From contig NC_087447.1 in NCBI RefSeq assembly GCF_036321535.1, positions 49,788,001 to 49,852,000 of the forward strand: a DNA stretch of 64,000 bases. The letters run 5' to 3'. Positions 1 through 11,338 of the stretch are shown here, piece after piece. The notes beneath the pieces are model-generated. The model ran no database searches, was not told the origin of the DNA, and was given only the letters and a program-made list of their open reading frames with translations. The translations under genes and the position numbers were made by a program. The first letter of the stretch is position 1. Every line of letters begins with the position of its first letter. The stretch comes from Camelus dromedarius (Eukaryota).

Positions 1-154
1 GACTTTTGTATATTCCTAAATGAGAACATGAAAACAAGTCCTCTACGAGTTATTGCTGCATCTTGCCACTGACACGCAGGGAGACCACCGCCCCTGCTGG
101 GCCACCTGCTGAGCCCTGGCTCCCTTGCCTCTTTGGCCCATGTGGCTCTGTGTG

Positions 155-660
155 GTGTATGAGCTATCTAATGCTGCGGAATAAATTACTCCAAAACTTG
201 GTGGCTGCAAACAACACTATGTGTACAGTTTCTGAGGGTCAGAAGGAGAGGTCCAGCTTAGCAGGACCATCTGCTCCAGGGTCTCTCACAAGGCTGCACT
301 CAAGGTGTCAGTGGGGCTGCCATCATCTCAAGGCTGGACGGGGGAGGATCCGCTTCCACAGCCATTCTTCAGGCTGTTGGCAGGGTTCGCTTCCTTCCTG
401 GCTGTTGACCTGCAGCCACTCCCAGTTCCCTGCCATCCGGCCCTTTCCTAGAGGAGCTCACAGCATGGCAGCTGTCTGTGTCAGAGAGAGTAAGAAGAGC
501 CAGAGAGAGAGAGTGCAGACAGAAGTCACAGTCCTCTGTAGCCTGAACTTGGAAGTGACCACCTGTCACTTTCGCTGTTTCTTTTCCTTGATGCAAGTCC
601 CTAGGTCCACCTGACACTCACGAGGGTCACACACGAGCTGAATACCAGGAGGCTGGGCTG
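155..660 (-). mobile_element. MLT1-type (ERVL-MaLR) solo LTR, old
   Basis: MLT1-like blocks 'ctaatgctgcggaataaattactccaaaacttggtggct', 'gggtctctcacaaggctgca..caaggtgtcag', 'gcctgaacttggaagtgac'. Confidence 0.7.
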
Positions 661-1151
661 GTGAAGGTGGTGAAGGCTCGTGCCCAGCTGTCAGGTCCTG
701 GAATGGCTGGGCTGGGAAGATCCATGTAGATCACTCAGACCGTGTCCCCTTGCACCTGGCCTTAGTTACACCACGAAGGAGGAGACCTGGCCTGCTGTCA
801 CTCTAGTGATTTCATGCCACACCCGGACCTCACAAAAGGCCACCTCTCTCTGTTCTAACTCCAATTCAGTAAGTACCAAGCCCCTGGGACCCTTTCCTGC
901 TGAGACTAAAGGGGCTCCTTCCCGCTTCCCCACTGCCTAAGGCCTGTCCTCGCCATTCATCCGCCTCAGGGAACACTCTGCGCCAGAAGCAGTGCACAGG
1001 CTGCTTGGGAGCAGAAACAAACATTGGAAACAGCCGAGACATGCAGGGTGGTCAGAGCTGTGACAGGGAGGCCCCTGACCCAACGGGGGGTGCCTCATTG
1101 AGCTGAGGCCCCAGTGCCTGAGCTAGGACTCAGGGTGATGAAATTTGCCAG

Positions 1152-1577
1152 TGTTACAGAAACGACAGGCTAGCCAAGAAACAAGCACCACTCGGAGGGC
1201 TGGAGTACTCAGCTTTATTATGCCGGTGGGCTCAGAGGGGGTTCTGCTCCGGAGCTCTGAGCACCTTCAAGATGGGTGAGTGAGGTTTTACAGGGTTAAT
1301 TACAAGCTTGGGGTATTCGGCCAATAGGCATGGAGCAGCTTTAGCAGCATCATTATCACAAAAGTAGAGGCAGGGAGGCAGCAACAAACCAACATTCCAA
1401 GGCCAGATATGTGTCTGAAAATCCAGCTGGCTAGCAGAAAAAACAAGAGCAGGGAATCAGCAAACTGACATTTATTAATTTAGATTTACGAGTTAGCCCA
1501 GCAGAACTCAGGTCAGTAATCCGACACTTCTTAAACTTAGATTTACGAGTTAGGCCTAGCCTAGCTTTTCCTTTACA
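1152..1577 (-). mobile_element. ERV1-class solo LTR (426 bp)
   Basis: TG...CA termini, 4-bp TSD CCAG (1148-1151 / 1578-1581), AATAAA on the minus strand at 1214-1219, CCAAT at 1321, internal 17-bp direct repeat in the presumed U3. Confidence 0.8.
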
Positions 1578-2409
1578 CCAGGAAGGAGTTGGAGGGGCTG
1601 ATCAGCAAGTGCAGATGGGGAGACTGCTGATTTGATCCACCAAGAGGTGGCGGCAGAGATGTCCGCAGAGAGGTCTGTGGTGGGGCTTCACTTGGACAGG
1701 CAGGGAACTGGCTTCTTGAGATTTTAGGTGGGCAGGAGGGCAGGGCAGAGAGAGGAGGTTCCCTGGAGGGGCCAACAGAGGCTGGATTCTCCAGCTCCAG
1801 GCAGGCCTCGGGCTGCAGACTCCAGGTCAGAGGAAAGGCCTGTTTTCTGATGAGTCTCAGCCACACCCCACCCTCACCTGAGGATAGACATGACCCTTAG
1901 CATCTGGCTCCCAGCTAAGCCCTGGGCCTAACCTAGGCCACTCCACAAATACAGGCCAATGTTCTCAGCATTAATTTTGTGAAGACTGAATACCTAATGT
2001 GCACCAGAAACTCCACCATCTCTGCCTAAGAACAGTGACAATAACCAGGCCCTAAATCTTGGAGGGGTCGTGTCACCCAAATGCAGTTAGCCCTCTGTAC
2101 TCGCTGGTTCAGGCCAACTGTATGGCGCCATTTATATAAGGGACCTGAGCATTCGAGAGTTTTGGTATCCACACAGATACCAAAGGAAGCCTGTATGTCT
2201 GTGCAGAGCAGAGGTCAGCCCTGCTCTAAGCTGTGTGTAAGGAACTCTAGGTAAATGCTGTGAATATTGCTTTGGGTTGGAAATTGTTACCTTGGGAGAG
2301 GCAACAGGAACCTCCTTTTCCAGACCCTCTGCCTTTGGACCGTGGGAGTGGGGCTGCCGGTTCAGCCCGAAGGTCGTCAGTTCATGTTTCTGCTTGTTGT
2401 TCCCAGATG

Positions 2410-2428
2410 TGGCCACTAGAGGGCACTG
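2410..2428 (+). promoter_or_regulatory. CTCF motif
   Basis: TGGCCACTAGAGGGCACTG matches CCASYAGRKGGCRS, with an upstream-module-like TGTTGTTCC 6 bp 5' of it. Confidence 0.65.
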
Positions 2429-2984
2429 AGGATTGTTCTGAGGCAAAGGCCACACAGTGTCCTAAGCTTCCTTTTCACATTTTGACTCTTAATCTAGCTC
2501 CTACCCAGCGGTAGAAGCTGGAGATAGTAAAATCACAGCCTCCCAAAAGCTCAGAGTTAGACAAAAATTTAGCATTCATCTTGGGCAACTCCTCCTAATC
2601 CGGAAAATTTGGCACAGAGAGGCCAAGGGACTTGCTTCTAATCACTCAGCAAATCAACATTTACCAATTCCTCCTCTTGACAGAGCCTGAGGGGCTTCCA
2701 AATTGAATGCCCCTATTCTCAGGTGCTTGTAATGTAATAAGGGAGGCAAAAATGCAAAGCACTTATACTTCTAAAAACCTTTGCCTCCTTTTATATTCCC
2801 TGTCTAGGTTCTAGATGTCACTGCTGCACACTCGTCAGCAGACCCAGCCTTCAGTCCTTGTGGGCTCTCCTCTCATGCCCTTCCCCACCCCCCACTCCAC
2901 TCCAACACCTGCCCGCTGATGCTGCCGAAATTTTTGTCTCCCAAACCATTGCCTCCTGTCTCATCCCTAGTAACATATACTAAC

Positions 2985-3170
2985 GAGTGTGGGATCCAGC
3001 CTGTGACACTGCCCTTACCGGCTGCATTATCATGTCACTTAGCCTCTCTGAGCCTCAGTTTCCTAATCTGTAAATGGGAATAATCTATATTCCAGAGTAA
3101 AGGAGATAACATGTACCTAAATACATGATGTATAAATAAAAAGTATTAATCCAAGATTTGGCCTATAGTC
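2985..3170 (+). mobile_element. MIR SINE
   Basis: Core 'cacttagcctctctgagcctcagtttcctaatctgtaaatgggaataat'. Confidence 0.7.
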
Positions 3171-3324
3171 TCTCATCAGGAAATAATAGCTGTCATCATC
3201 ATCACCATCGTCATCATCACACCCTTACTGGGCCTCCAGACCTATTAGACTGATCTCCGTTTCCAGGTCCCTCTCCAGTTCACTGTTCCTGCAACAAAGT
3301 CCCCAGCCTTCCTTCCCTTTTTTT

Positions 3325-4375
3325 TTCTAATGAAAGCTTTAATGAGATATATCACATACCATAGAGCCCATCCTTTTAAAGTATATAATTCAGTGGGTTT
3401 TAGCATATTCACAAAGTGGTGCATCAACCACCACTCTCTCATTCCAGAACAATTTCATCACCACCCAAAGAAACCCCCATGGCAATTAGCAGTTACTCAG
3501 GCCCTGGCTAATCGTTAATCACTAATCTACTGTCTATATGAAGTTCCTATTTTGGACATTTTATATAAATGGAATTATACAGCATGTGGCCTTCGGTGTC
3601 TGGCTTCTTTCACTCACCACAGTGTTTCTGAGGTGCATCCATGATGTTGCATGTATCATGAATCATATGTACCATATATCCTTTGAAGCACGAAAGTTTT
3701 ACATTGTGATGTAATCAAATTAATCTAGGATTTTTTTTTGTAGTGTGTGATTTTATATCTAAAAGCTATAGCCTAATCCAAAGTTACAAAGATTTACTTC
3801 TGTTTTCTTCTAAATGTTTTAGAGGTTTTAGCTATTACGTTTAGATCTCTGGACTATTTTGAGTTAATTTTTGTATGTGGTTGAAGTGGGGTCCCACTTC
3901 ATTCTTTTGCATGTGGATACCTGGTTATCCCAGCATCATTTATTGAAAAGATCATTCTTTCCTCATTGAATTGTCTTGGCCCTTTTGTCCAGTCAATTGC
4001 TCGTCAATGTGAGGGTTTACTTCTGGGTTCTCCGTTCTGTTCCATTGACCTAGATTTCTATACTTACTCTAGTGGCACACAGTTTTGATTAGCTTTGTAA
4101 TAAATTTTGAAATTGGGAGATGTGAATTCCAACTTTGTTTTTTTAAATACTATTTTGGTTATTCTGTGTCCCTTGCATTTCCATATGAATTTTAGAATCA
4201 GCTTGTTAATGTTTGCCAAAAAGGCAGCCAGGATTTTGATAGAGATTGCATTGAAGCTACAGATTGTTTGGGTGAATGTTGCCATTTTAACAATATCAAG
4301 TCTTCTAGATGTTTTTCCATTTATTTAAGTTTTCTTTAACTTCTTTTTAATAATGTTTGTAGTTTTAAGTGTACT
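3325..4375 (-). mobile_element. Old L1 (L1M) fragment: 3' UTR plus ORF2 remnant
   Basis: Minus-strand translation FNAISIKILAAFLANINKLILKFIWKCKGHRITK is L1 ORF2-like; L1MB-type 3' UTR at 3325-3660. Confidence 0.85.
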
Positions 4376-4534
4376 GAAATTGGACTAAATTATTTAGGAA
4401 GAGAAAGAGGAAGAACTGCATAGAGAGTTATTCTTCAGATTCTTTTTTTTTTTTGGCTGTACTTTGCTGTTCATGGCAGTAAGTTCTCATCCTTTTGGTA
4501 AAATTTAGAGTCCTAAATAGTGTATTCTAACTAA

Positions 4535-4745
4535 TGCAGGAAGTATGGTATGGGGACAGAGTTCAGGGATCAAGAGACCTAGGTTCACACCTTCTATCTG
4601 CCACCAAGAACCATGTGACTTCGGGCAGCACCTTTCCATTTTCAGAGCCTCTTTTTAGGCTTCTGTAAAACTGGGGCAATAATATCTACTTCAAAGGGTG
4701 CTGTGAGCATTGACTGTAGTAATGTATGTAAAGTATTTAGCCACA
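4535..4745 (+). mobile_element. MIR SINE
   Basis: 'gacctaggttca...tgtgacttcgggca...ctgtaaaactggggcaataatatctacttcaaagggtgctgtgag'. Confidence 0.65.
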
Positions 4746-5375
4746 GTTAGTTCACTTTAGCCCTCCAGGGAAACCTTTCAGGGAAGGAACTCCATTTGCC
4801 TAAAATCATGCAGCCCGTGAGTTCAGGCCCAGACTAATCTTGATTTTTTTCTGACCCCTGGCTTGGAGCTCTTTCAGTCACACCACGTTACAAACAGGAT
4901 GCTGGTTCTCAGGAACCCTGGAAACCATGCCTGCCTGGTGGAGTGAAAAAGGGAATTTAGGTATCCTTCAACCAGTCTATCCCCAGGAATGCCACCATAT
5001 TCCTTTGATCCAATTGTCCTCTAACTCAATGAAGAAAGGGCACAACTTACTGTGGTTTTCATTCCTCCCCCTATCCCTGAATCTGCTCTTGACCCAACAG
5101 CCAGAGCAGCATTTTCAAAACATAGGTCAGATCACGTTGCGCCCCTGCTTAGACCCTTCAATAGTTGTATTCGTGCCTTAAGCAAAGTCAGACCCCAGTA
5201 GGGCTCCAACACCTGGCAGGATCTGGCCCCTGCCAGAATCTCCAACTTCATTCTGTGCCATCAGGGCTGGATTAAAAACTCCAGAATCCCTAAGCACAGA
5301 AAAGATAATGCTACTTTGGCTGTAGGAAATTACAAATAAAAGCAACACTAAATTGTAGAAGAAATGGGAAGAGGT

Positions 5376-5426
5376 CTTTTCTTTTCTTTTCTTTTCTTTT
5401 CTTTTCTTTTCTTTTCTTTTCTTTTT
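5376..5426. repeat. (TTTTC)n microsatellite followed by a CT-rich tract to ~5600
   Basis: About 10 tandem TTTTC units, directly visible. Confidence 0.9.
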
Positions 5427-7089
5427 GAAATATCAATTTCTTTCCAAAAGTGTTCTCTTTCTTTTCCTCCTCCTCTCCCTCCTCCTCTCTCTCCTCCTTT
5501 CTCTGCCTACTCCCACTTGGCCTTCCTTTTAATCCCTTCAGTGTTCCCCACTCCTTCTTCAGCTGTTCCTTCTGCCCGAATTGCTCCTCTTGCTTTCACT
5601 AGCCTCCTCTGCCCAGTTAACTCCTACTCACCCTCCAGACCTCAGTGTGAAAGTCATTTCCCAAGGAAAGCTTTCTCTGGGGACTTGGACTAAATCAGCC
5701 CCCTGGGTTAGATGCACTTGTATCCACTGTGTGTCACCCCAGCTGGTCTAAAACTCACCAGCTCCTGTGCTCACGTTGGCACAATTATAGTCTGTGACAG
5801 TGTGGAAACCACTGGAACCGAGGGCAAGAGGTTCCAGTCTTTGTCTCTGCTTTGCTACATACTTTGAGGGACCTTGGAAAAGCTCACTTTCTCTCTCTGG
5901 GGTCACGTCCAGTGAGAGAAGTCTGAGGCCCCGTGTCATCCAAACATTCACTTACTCAAGCATTCAACCATCCTCTGATTTTATTCATTCATTTCATCAT
6001 TTTCTCACTGAAGCTGATGGAGCCGGTCCTCCGTATCAGGATGCTGGGGATACAGGATGAAGTGGAGAGCAAGAGTTCAGAGCGGAGTGGGTGAGACAAA
6101 TACAAACTTCTCAGTGTATGGCTAGGCACCTGGCTACCTGTACTCAAGAGAGGTCGGGCAGCTGCTATGGAAGCCCAGAGGAGGTAGCAATTAGCTCACA
6201 TCTAGGACTTTTTTGAGAAAGTGACCTTGAAGAATTGATAAAGAAGAGGAAGAAATGCTGCCCAGGGACCCGTCTTTCAGGTTTGTTGGGCATGTGCAGG
6301 CTCTCTGGGGAATGGCCTCTTTGTTTTATAATTCTCACCTGGCCTTCTGCAACAGTCTTGCTCTTCAAAGCTGCATCTCCAGGGCGGCCTGATCATCTTT
6401 CCAAATGACTTCCCGTTGCTTAAGATTAAGCCCGAGTTCTTAAGCCTGGTAGTCAGGTTCTTCTCACCTGGCCTCATCTCCCTCTTCTAGCCTCCTGGCC
6501 TGTTGCTGCTCCAGGCAACCTCTGATTCAGCCACATTCAACTCTGAATGCTGTGTCCTCTACCTAAGTGTCTTGGCTCGCGCTGTTCCTTCGGCCTAGAA
6601 TACTCTTTTCTCCTCTAGAAAGTCTTCCTGCACAACATCCTGCACTTAACAACTTCCTCTTCTGTGCTTCCATTATTCTTTATCATCTCAATGATTGCAC
6701 TTACCACTTTGTACTGAAATTATCTATGAACTTCTTGTAGTCAGGGATTCTATCTGCCTCATTTCTGTAAATGTAGTACCCAGGCCAGCAACCTTGTAAA
6801 GCTCTGATGAGTGTTTGACTAAACAAGTAAGTGAATGGAAGAAAGAAGACTCTGTTGAAAAGAAGGGGACAGATTTAATTTATTTGGGTTTGAGACACAG
6901 AACGACCAATCTACCCTATTTTGCTTTTACCCAGTGCATCACACCCATGGAGTGTGAAGAATGAAGGGGGAGGAGGAAGAAGAGGCAACATGAATTAGAG
7001 TAAGTTTGCCTTTTTGGCTCTGCAAACTGACATTTTGATTTTAGTACCCAACATGGCTCTAGTTAGCTGTTAAATCATCAGCCATCCCA

Positions 7090-7183
7090 GGGAGGGGGTA
7101 TAGCTCAGTGGCAGAGCACATGCTTGGCATGTGTGAGGTCTTGGGTTCAATCCGCAGTACCTCCATTAAAAACAAAACAAAAC
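7090..7183 (+). mobile_element. tRNA-derived SINE (camelid Vic-1-like, short form)
   Basis: A box TAGCTCAGTGG (7101-7111), B box GGTTCAATCC (7144-7153), A-rich tail. Confidence 0.85.
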
Positions 7184-7944
7184 ACTAAGAACCAAACAGG
7201 TCTAATCCCCTGTTGTTCATCTATCAAACTCCTAAGCATCCTCTATGAATTTTGTGAAGCCTGCTCTGACCTTGCCCACCAGCCACTGTAGAGTCTGTCA
7301 TTCTGTTACCACTTGACCTTGATCTTTCTTCTGTCATTGCATGTATACTGTATTGGCTACCTTTTAATCCATGCACCTTAAACTTGGACATACGTTTTGC
7401 TAGGGGATTAATATGCTACTATATAAATATTATAGTTATTCAATTCTAAGTGATTACAAATATATTTATGTTGAAAAAAGTACAGCTATATTATGGAATG
7501 GGATCCAAAATAATACAAGAAGTCTTAGAATGAAATAGGACACACAAAAATAATGATGGGCAGCATTTATTGAACATTTACTATACTCAAGGCACTGTTC
7601 TAAGCACTTCATATGCATTCTCATGAATATTTTGCAAGTGGCAGGCTATTTCAGTTTGTTGCCATGTCCCTAAGAGTGAGTAGCCAGCTTTCCTAGTATT
7701 TCTGGCATGTGGGTGGAAAAGTCTGAGAAGGGTCTGTAGTTTCGTGTCCAGTTATCTGCCTGATGCAGAGTTCAAACTCAGGAAAAGCTTGTGGAAAAGA
7801 ATCACTCCTGCTCTCTCTGCTGAAATATCCTTTCTTCCCTCCCTGCCTGGTGAACTCTTATTGGAACTTCAATACCCAGGTTAAATGTTACCTTCACTGT
7901 GAAATCTGTCTCCTCTGGCTCCCACAGCCCGTGGACGTCCCTCA

Positions 7945-8066
7945 GACCCAGCACTAAGTCCCTTGACTTGGGGCTTCTGGCCTCTAGAACTGTGAAATAA
8001 TTTTCTGTTGTTTTAAGCTACCCAGTTTGTAGTAATTTGATACAGCAGTCTCAGGAAACTAATATA
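7945..8066 (+). mobile_element. MLT1 LTR 3' end fragment
   Basis: 'cttctggcctctagaactgtga..ttctgttgttttaagctacccagtttgtagtaatttgatacagcag..aggaaactaatata'. Confidence 0.75.
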
Positions 8067-8733
8067 GCTTGGAAACAGAAAAATGTTTTCTGTGAAATTC
8101 CACCAGATCTTGGAACCAGATGAGCTTTGGGATTTCCCAATTACTCTCTTCTTAACAAACACCTCACCACACACCTTACGCTCCCGGCATGAGGAACTAC
8201 TCAATGTTTCAGAATAGGCGAGTGTGACATCCATCTTAGCCAGCCCTGGGATCAGATTCAAAGTATCTTCAGGTTTCTGAACACCCCTGAAAGACAGAAT
8301 CCTTGCATTTTATTAAAATATTTTTAGTGCAATTATTATATGCCAGGTCCTGCACTGGCACTTTACATATATTGACTTACTAAATCCCCACAGCAATCTT
8401 GTTATTATTTTACAGATGGGAAAATTAAAGCTGAGAGACAGGAACTGCCTTGCCTAGGAACACACAGCAAAGAAGGTGGCAGAGCCAAGAGTCCAAAAGT
8501 TCCTGATTCTTGTTCTGCCTGACTCTAAAACACTGTGTTCTTTCTGCTGCATCAGTCCAGGCTGTGGAGAAATTCAGTCTCATGTGGGGAAGGAAGATCA
8601 TTCTACAGAATGACTTGATGATGTTTATTATAGAATCAATTGCTACAGATGCTACTATTATGAATTATGATCAAGGAGGTCTTCAAGGAAAAGGTGGCAT
8701 TTGAACTGGGCCTTCACTTCAAAACCATGTCCT

Positions 8734-8863
8734 GGTGGGGAGGGCATAGCTCAGTGGCAGAGTGCACGCTTAGCATGTATGAGGTCCTAGGTTTAACCCC
8801 CAGTACCTCTGTAAAAACAAAGAAACCTAATTACCTCCCCTACCCAAAAAACAAACAAACAAA
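8734..8863 (+). mobile_element. tRNA-derived SINE (Vic-1-like, long form)
   Basis: A/B boxes, 'aaacctaattacctcccc' extension, (AAAC)n tail, TSD ATGTCCT (8727-8733 / 8864-8870). Confidence 0.85.
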
Positions 8864-9485
8864 ATGTCCTTATTCTCTGCCAGGCACCAGGAATTCAAGT
8901 ATGAATCCGACAAGTTTCTTTCACTTGAGGAATTCACAGTATGTGAGCGAGTGTGTGTGTGTGTGTTTGTGGGAAATGTATGTGTGGCTGCACGTGTGTC
9001 ACACACTTACTAAAAGACAATAGAATGCAACAGAAAAATCAGGAATTAGGTAGTGACAAGTCTCCAGAGTGAATCAGAGAAGCCCTTTGGAAGAATCTCA
9101 GCCACAGATGAGATTTGATGGGTGAGTAAGCATTAGGCAGGAGGAGAAAAGTAGCAAGGGTTTTCTAGGGACAGCGTCAACAACCTACTCATAGAAGTGA
9201 AACAGCATTCTGTGTGTCTGGCACACCTAGAAGCCCAGGGTACCAGTTAGTGGAGTGTGAGGAGGGGCGGGGATTTGTGGGTTGGAATTGGTCGTGGGTA
9301 GAGCTGGTGGGGCTGCGGAACAAGTTTCTGGTCTCAGTGCTTCTGCGTGGTGGCTTTCTGCCGAACCGTAAAGTATTCATTTTCAATTCCCGCACGTTGG
9401 CGAGAGCCCGTCAGGAAAAGACTGCTCAGGGAGCCCGCAGTTACATACCAGCCATCGCGACCCAGCAGGCACTAAATGGGTCCCG

Positions 9486-9499
9486 GTTACCATGGCAAC
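9486..9499. promoter_or_regulatory. RFX X-box
   Basis: GTTACCATGGCAAC, a near-palindromic match to the GTNRCC-N(0-3)-RGYAAC consensus, inside the promoter island. Confidence 0.75.
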
Positions 9500-9506
9500 T
9501 AGGTTA

Positions 9507-9517
9507 GGGCGGAAGTG
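9507..9517 (+). promoter_or_regulatory. Overlapping GC box / ETS (GABP/ELK-type) site
   Basis: GGGCGGAAGTG. Confidence 0.6.
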
Positions 9518-9537
9518 CCTCTCCGAACTCTCACTAA

Positions 9538-9568
9538 TCAGGTGACTCTCCTGCCTCCTGCACGTGAC
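9538..9568. promoter_or_regulatory. Two CLEAR/E-box elements (TFEB/TFE3/MITF/USF type)
   Basis: TCAGGTGAC (9538-9546) and GCACGTGAC (9560-9568) against the CLEAR consensus GTCACGTGAC; UVRAG is an established TFEB target. Confidence 0.65.
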
Positions 9569-9604
9569 AGCAGAGCCCAGGCGCACTTTCTACCTAATCT
9601 GACT

Positions 9605-9883
9605 CCGCCCCTCTTTTCCTTTACTGACAACTGACAGCAACCTCGAGCAATGGTCCTTGCGAATCCCGAGGAGACCCCGCCCCATGGTAGTGAAAGAACC
9701 AATTAGACTGGGAACAAAAAGAAGCAACGCCCCAAGTCTCACCCCGGTTTGACAGACGCAATTTAGGCCATCCCCGAGTCCCTCCGCCCGCAGCCCATTC
9801 CTGCCGGCGATGGATAGCCCGGCTGCCCAATAGCACATCCACTTTCTGTCGTTGGATCCCGCCCTCATGGGAGCTGAACCAAT
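9605..9883 (+). promoter_or_regulatory. GC-box (Sp/KLF) and CCAAT (NF-Y) cluster
   Basis: CCGCCC at 9605, 9677, 9784, 9859; CCAAT at 9699, 9827, 9879. Confidence 0.65.
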
Positions 9884-10034
9884 GGGCAAGCCAGGTCTCG
9901 GCGGGTGGTGGGGGTTGCACTGCGGTAATATGGCTCTTCCTTAGCCAGCGGCGGCGGCCAGAGGTCCGGTGGAGCGGTCTTGCCTCCGGGGTGGCGAATT
10001 TCTGGGCTGCAGGGGCTCTGCGGGTCGTGACTAG

Positions 10035-10382
<348 letters not shown>

Positions 10383-11237
10383 TGAACCTCTGGAGGATCC
10401 CTGAGTCCCAGGAGACCTCCCGTTACAGGAGATGGGCTGCGAAGAGACGAGAAGGACCCAGTGAAACTCCCTGGCTAGGTTGGGCTGGGGGCGGCCAGAG
10501 TCCGCTTCTCCCCCCGTAGGGAGCTGGAGTGTCCCTGGCGCAGACCCTTCCCTTATCCCTCCTGGGAAGGGACGGGGGAACCCTAGTGTCACAGAAGAGA
10601 GGCAGAAAGCACTTTTCCTTTCTCAACCCACTTACTTGCGGACAAACTAGTTGGTACTCTGCTACGCGAGTCTTCAGGATTTCTAACATTTACTTTTAAT
10701 CTCTTTTTATGAAGTACTTCTTTAAACTTATCAAGAAAATCCTTTGATAGTTTGGGTTTTCTTTCTAATTCTCCGACTCCCAGGAAGCACCTTTTAACAA
10801 TTTAGGGGGCTGTTTGCTACTGCATTCCATCAAATGAGTATTTGTGGAAGGAGGATTTGATGTATATATTCACGTCTTCCCCCATACTTTAGCAAGGTTT
10901 AGAGAGGGCTTCTTGGATCCACACTTGGATCCACAGTATAGGCAGATAATAGAGAACACCAAGTTTGGGGATCTGACAAAATTCTTTGTATCACTTACTT
11001 ATTTGTAGAGTACTTCTTCCCTCCTCTCTCTTGCCTTTTTATTCCCCAAGGGGAGACTTTGCAGGAACATTAACATTAAAGAAACTTAAGGAAAGTACGT
11101 TTCATCTTTCCTCCACCCCCCGCCCCAAAAGAGGACCTAAGAAAAACTCAGTTATTGAGCGTTTACCATGTTGGATTTGTGCCAGGTGCTCAACTGGCTG
11201 ATAGTTGATTTAATCCTCGTAACTCTAGGAGATAGCT

Positions 11238-11338
11238 TTGCTTTTTTTTTTTTTTTTTTTTTTATGGAGAACTGGGAATCGAACCCTAGATCTCCTGCAT
11301 GCTAAACACTCGCTCTACTGAGCTATATGCTACTCCCA
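11238..11338 (-). mobile_element. tRNA-derived SINE (Vic-1-like) inserted into a MIR (~11140-11480)
   Basis: Poly-T tail, reverse A/B boxes, TSD GAGATAGCT (11229-11237 / 11339-11347). Confidence 0.85.

Noticed and set aside
63..614. 183-aa ORF
   Set aside because: TTG start, lies largely in an MLT1 LTR, no recognisable protein similarity.
1636..1653. CTCF-like CCAAGAGGTGGCGGC
   Set aside because: Two mismatches in the core relative to CCASYAGRKGGC; weaker than the three reported sites.
7090..7165. tRNA gene-like sequences here and at 8734, 11238, 23202 and 46904
   Set aside because: Diverged from each other, with A-rich tails and (in three copies) TSDs; these are SINE retrocopies rather than tRNA genes.
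1..9300. Exons of the upstream neighbour (DGAT2 in human synteny, from memory)
   Set aside because: No DGAT2-like coding sequence recognised; it probably lies left of the window.
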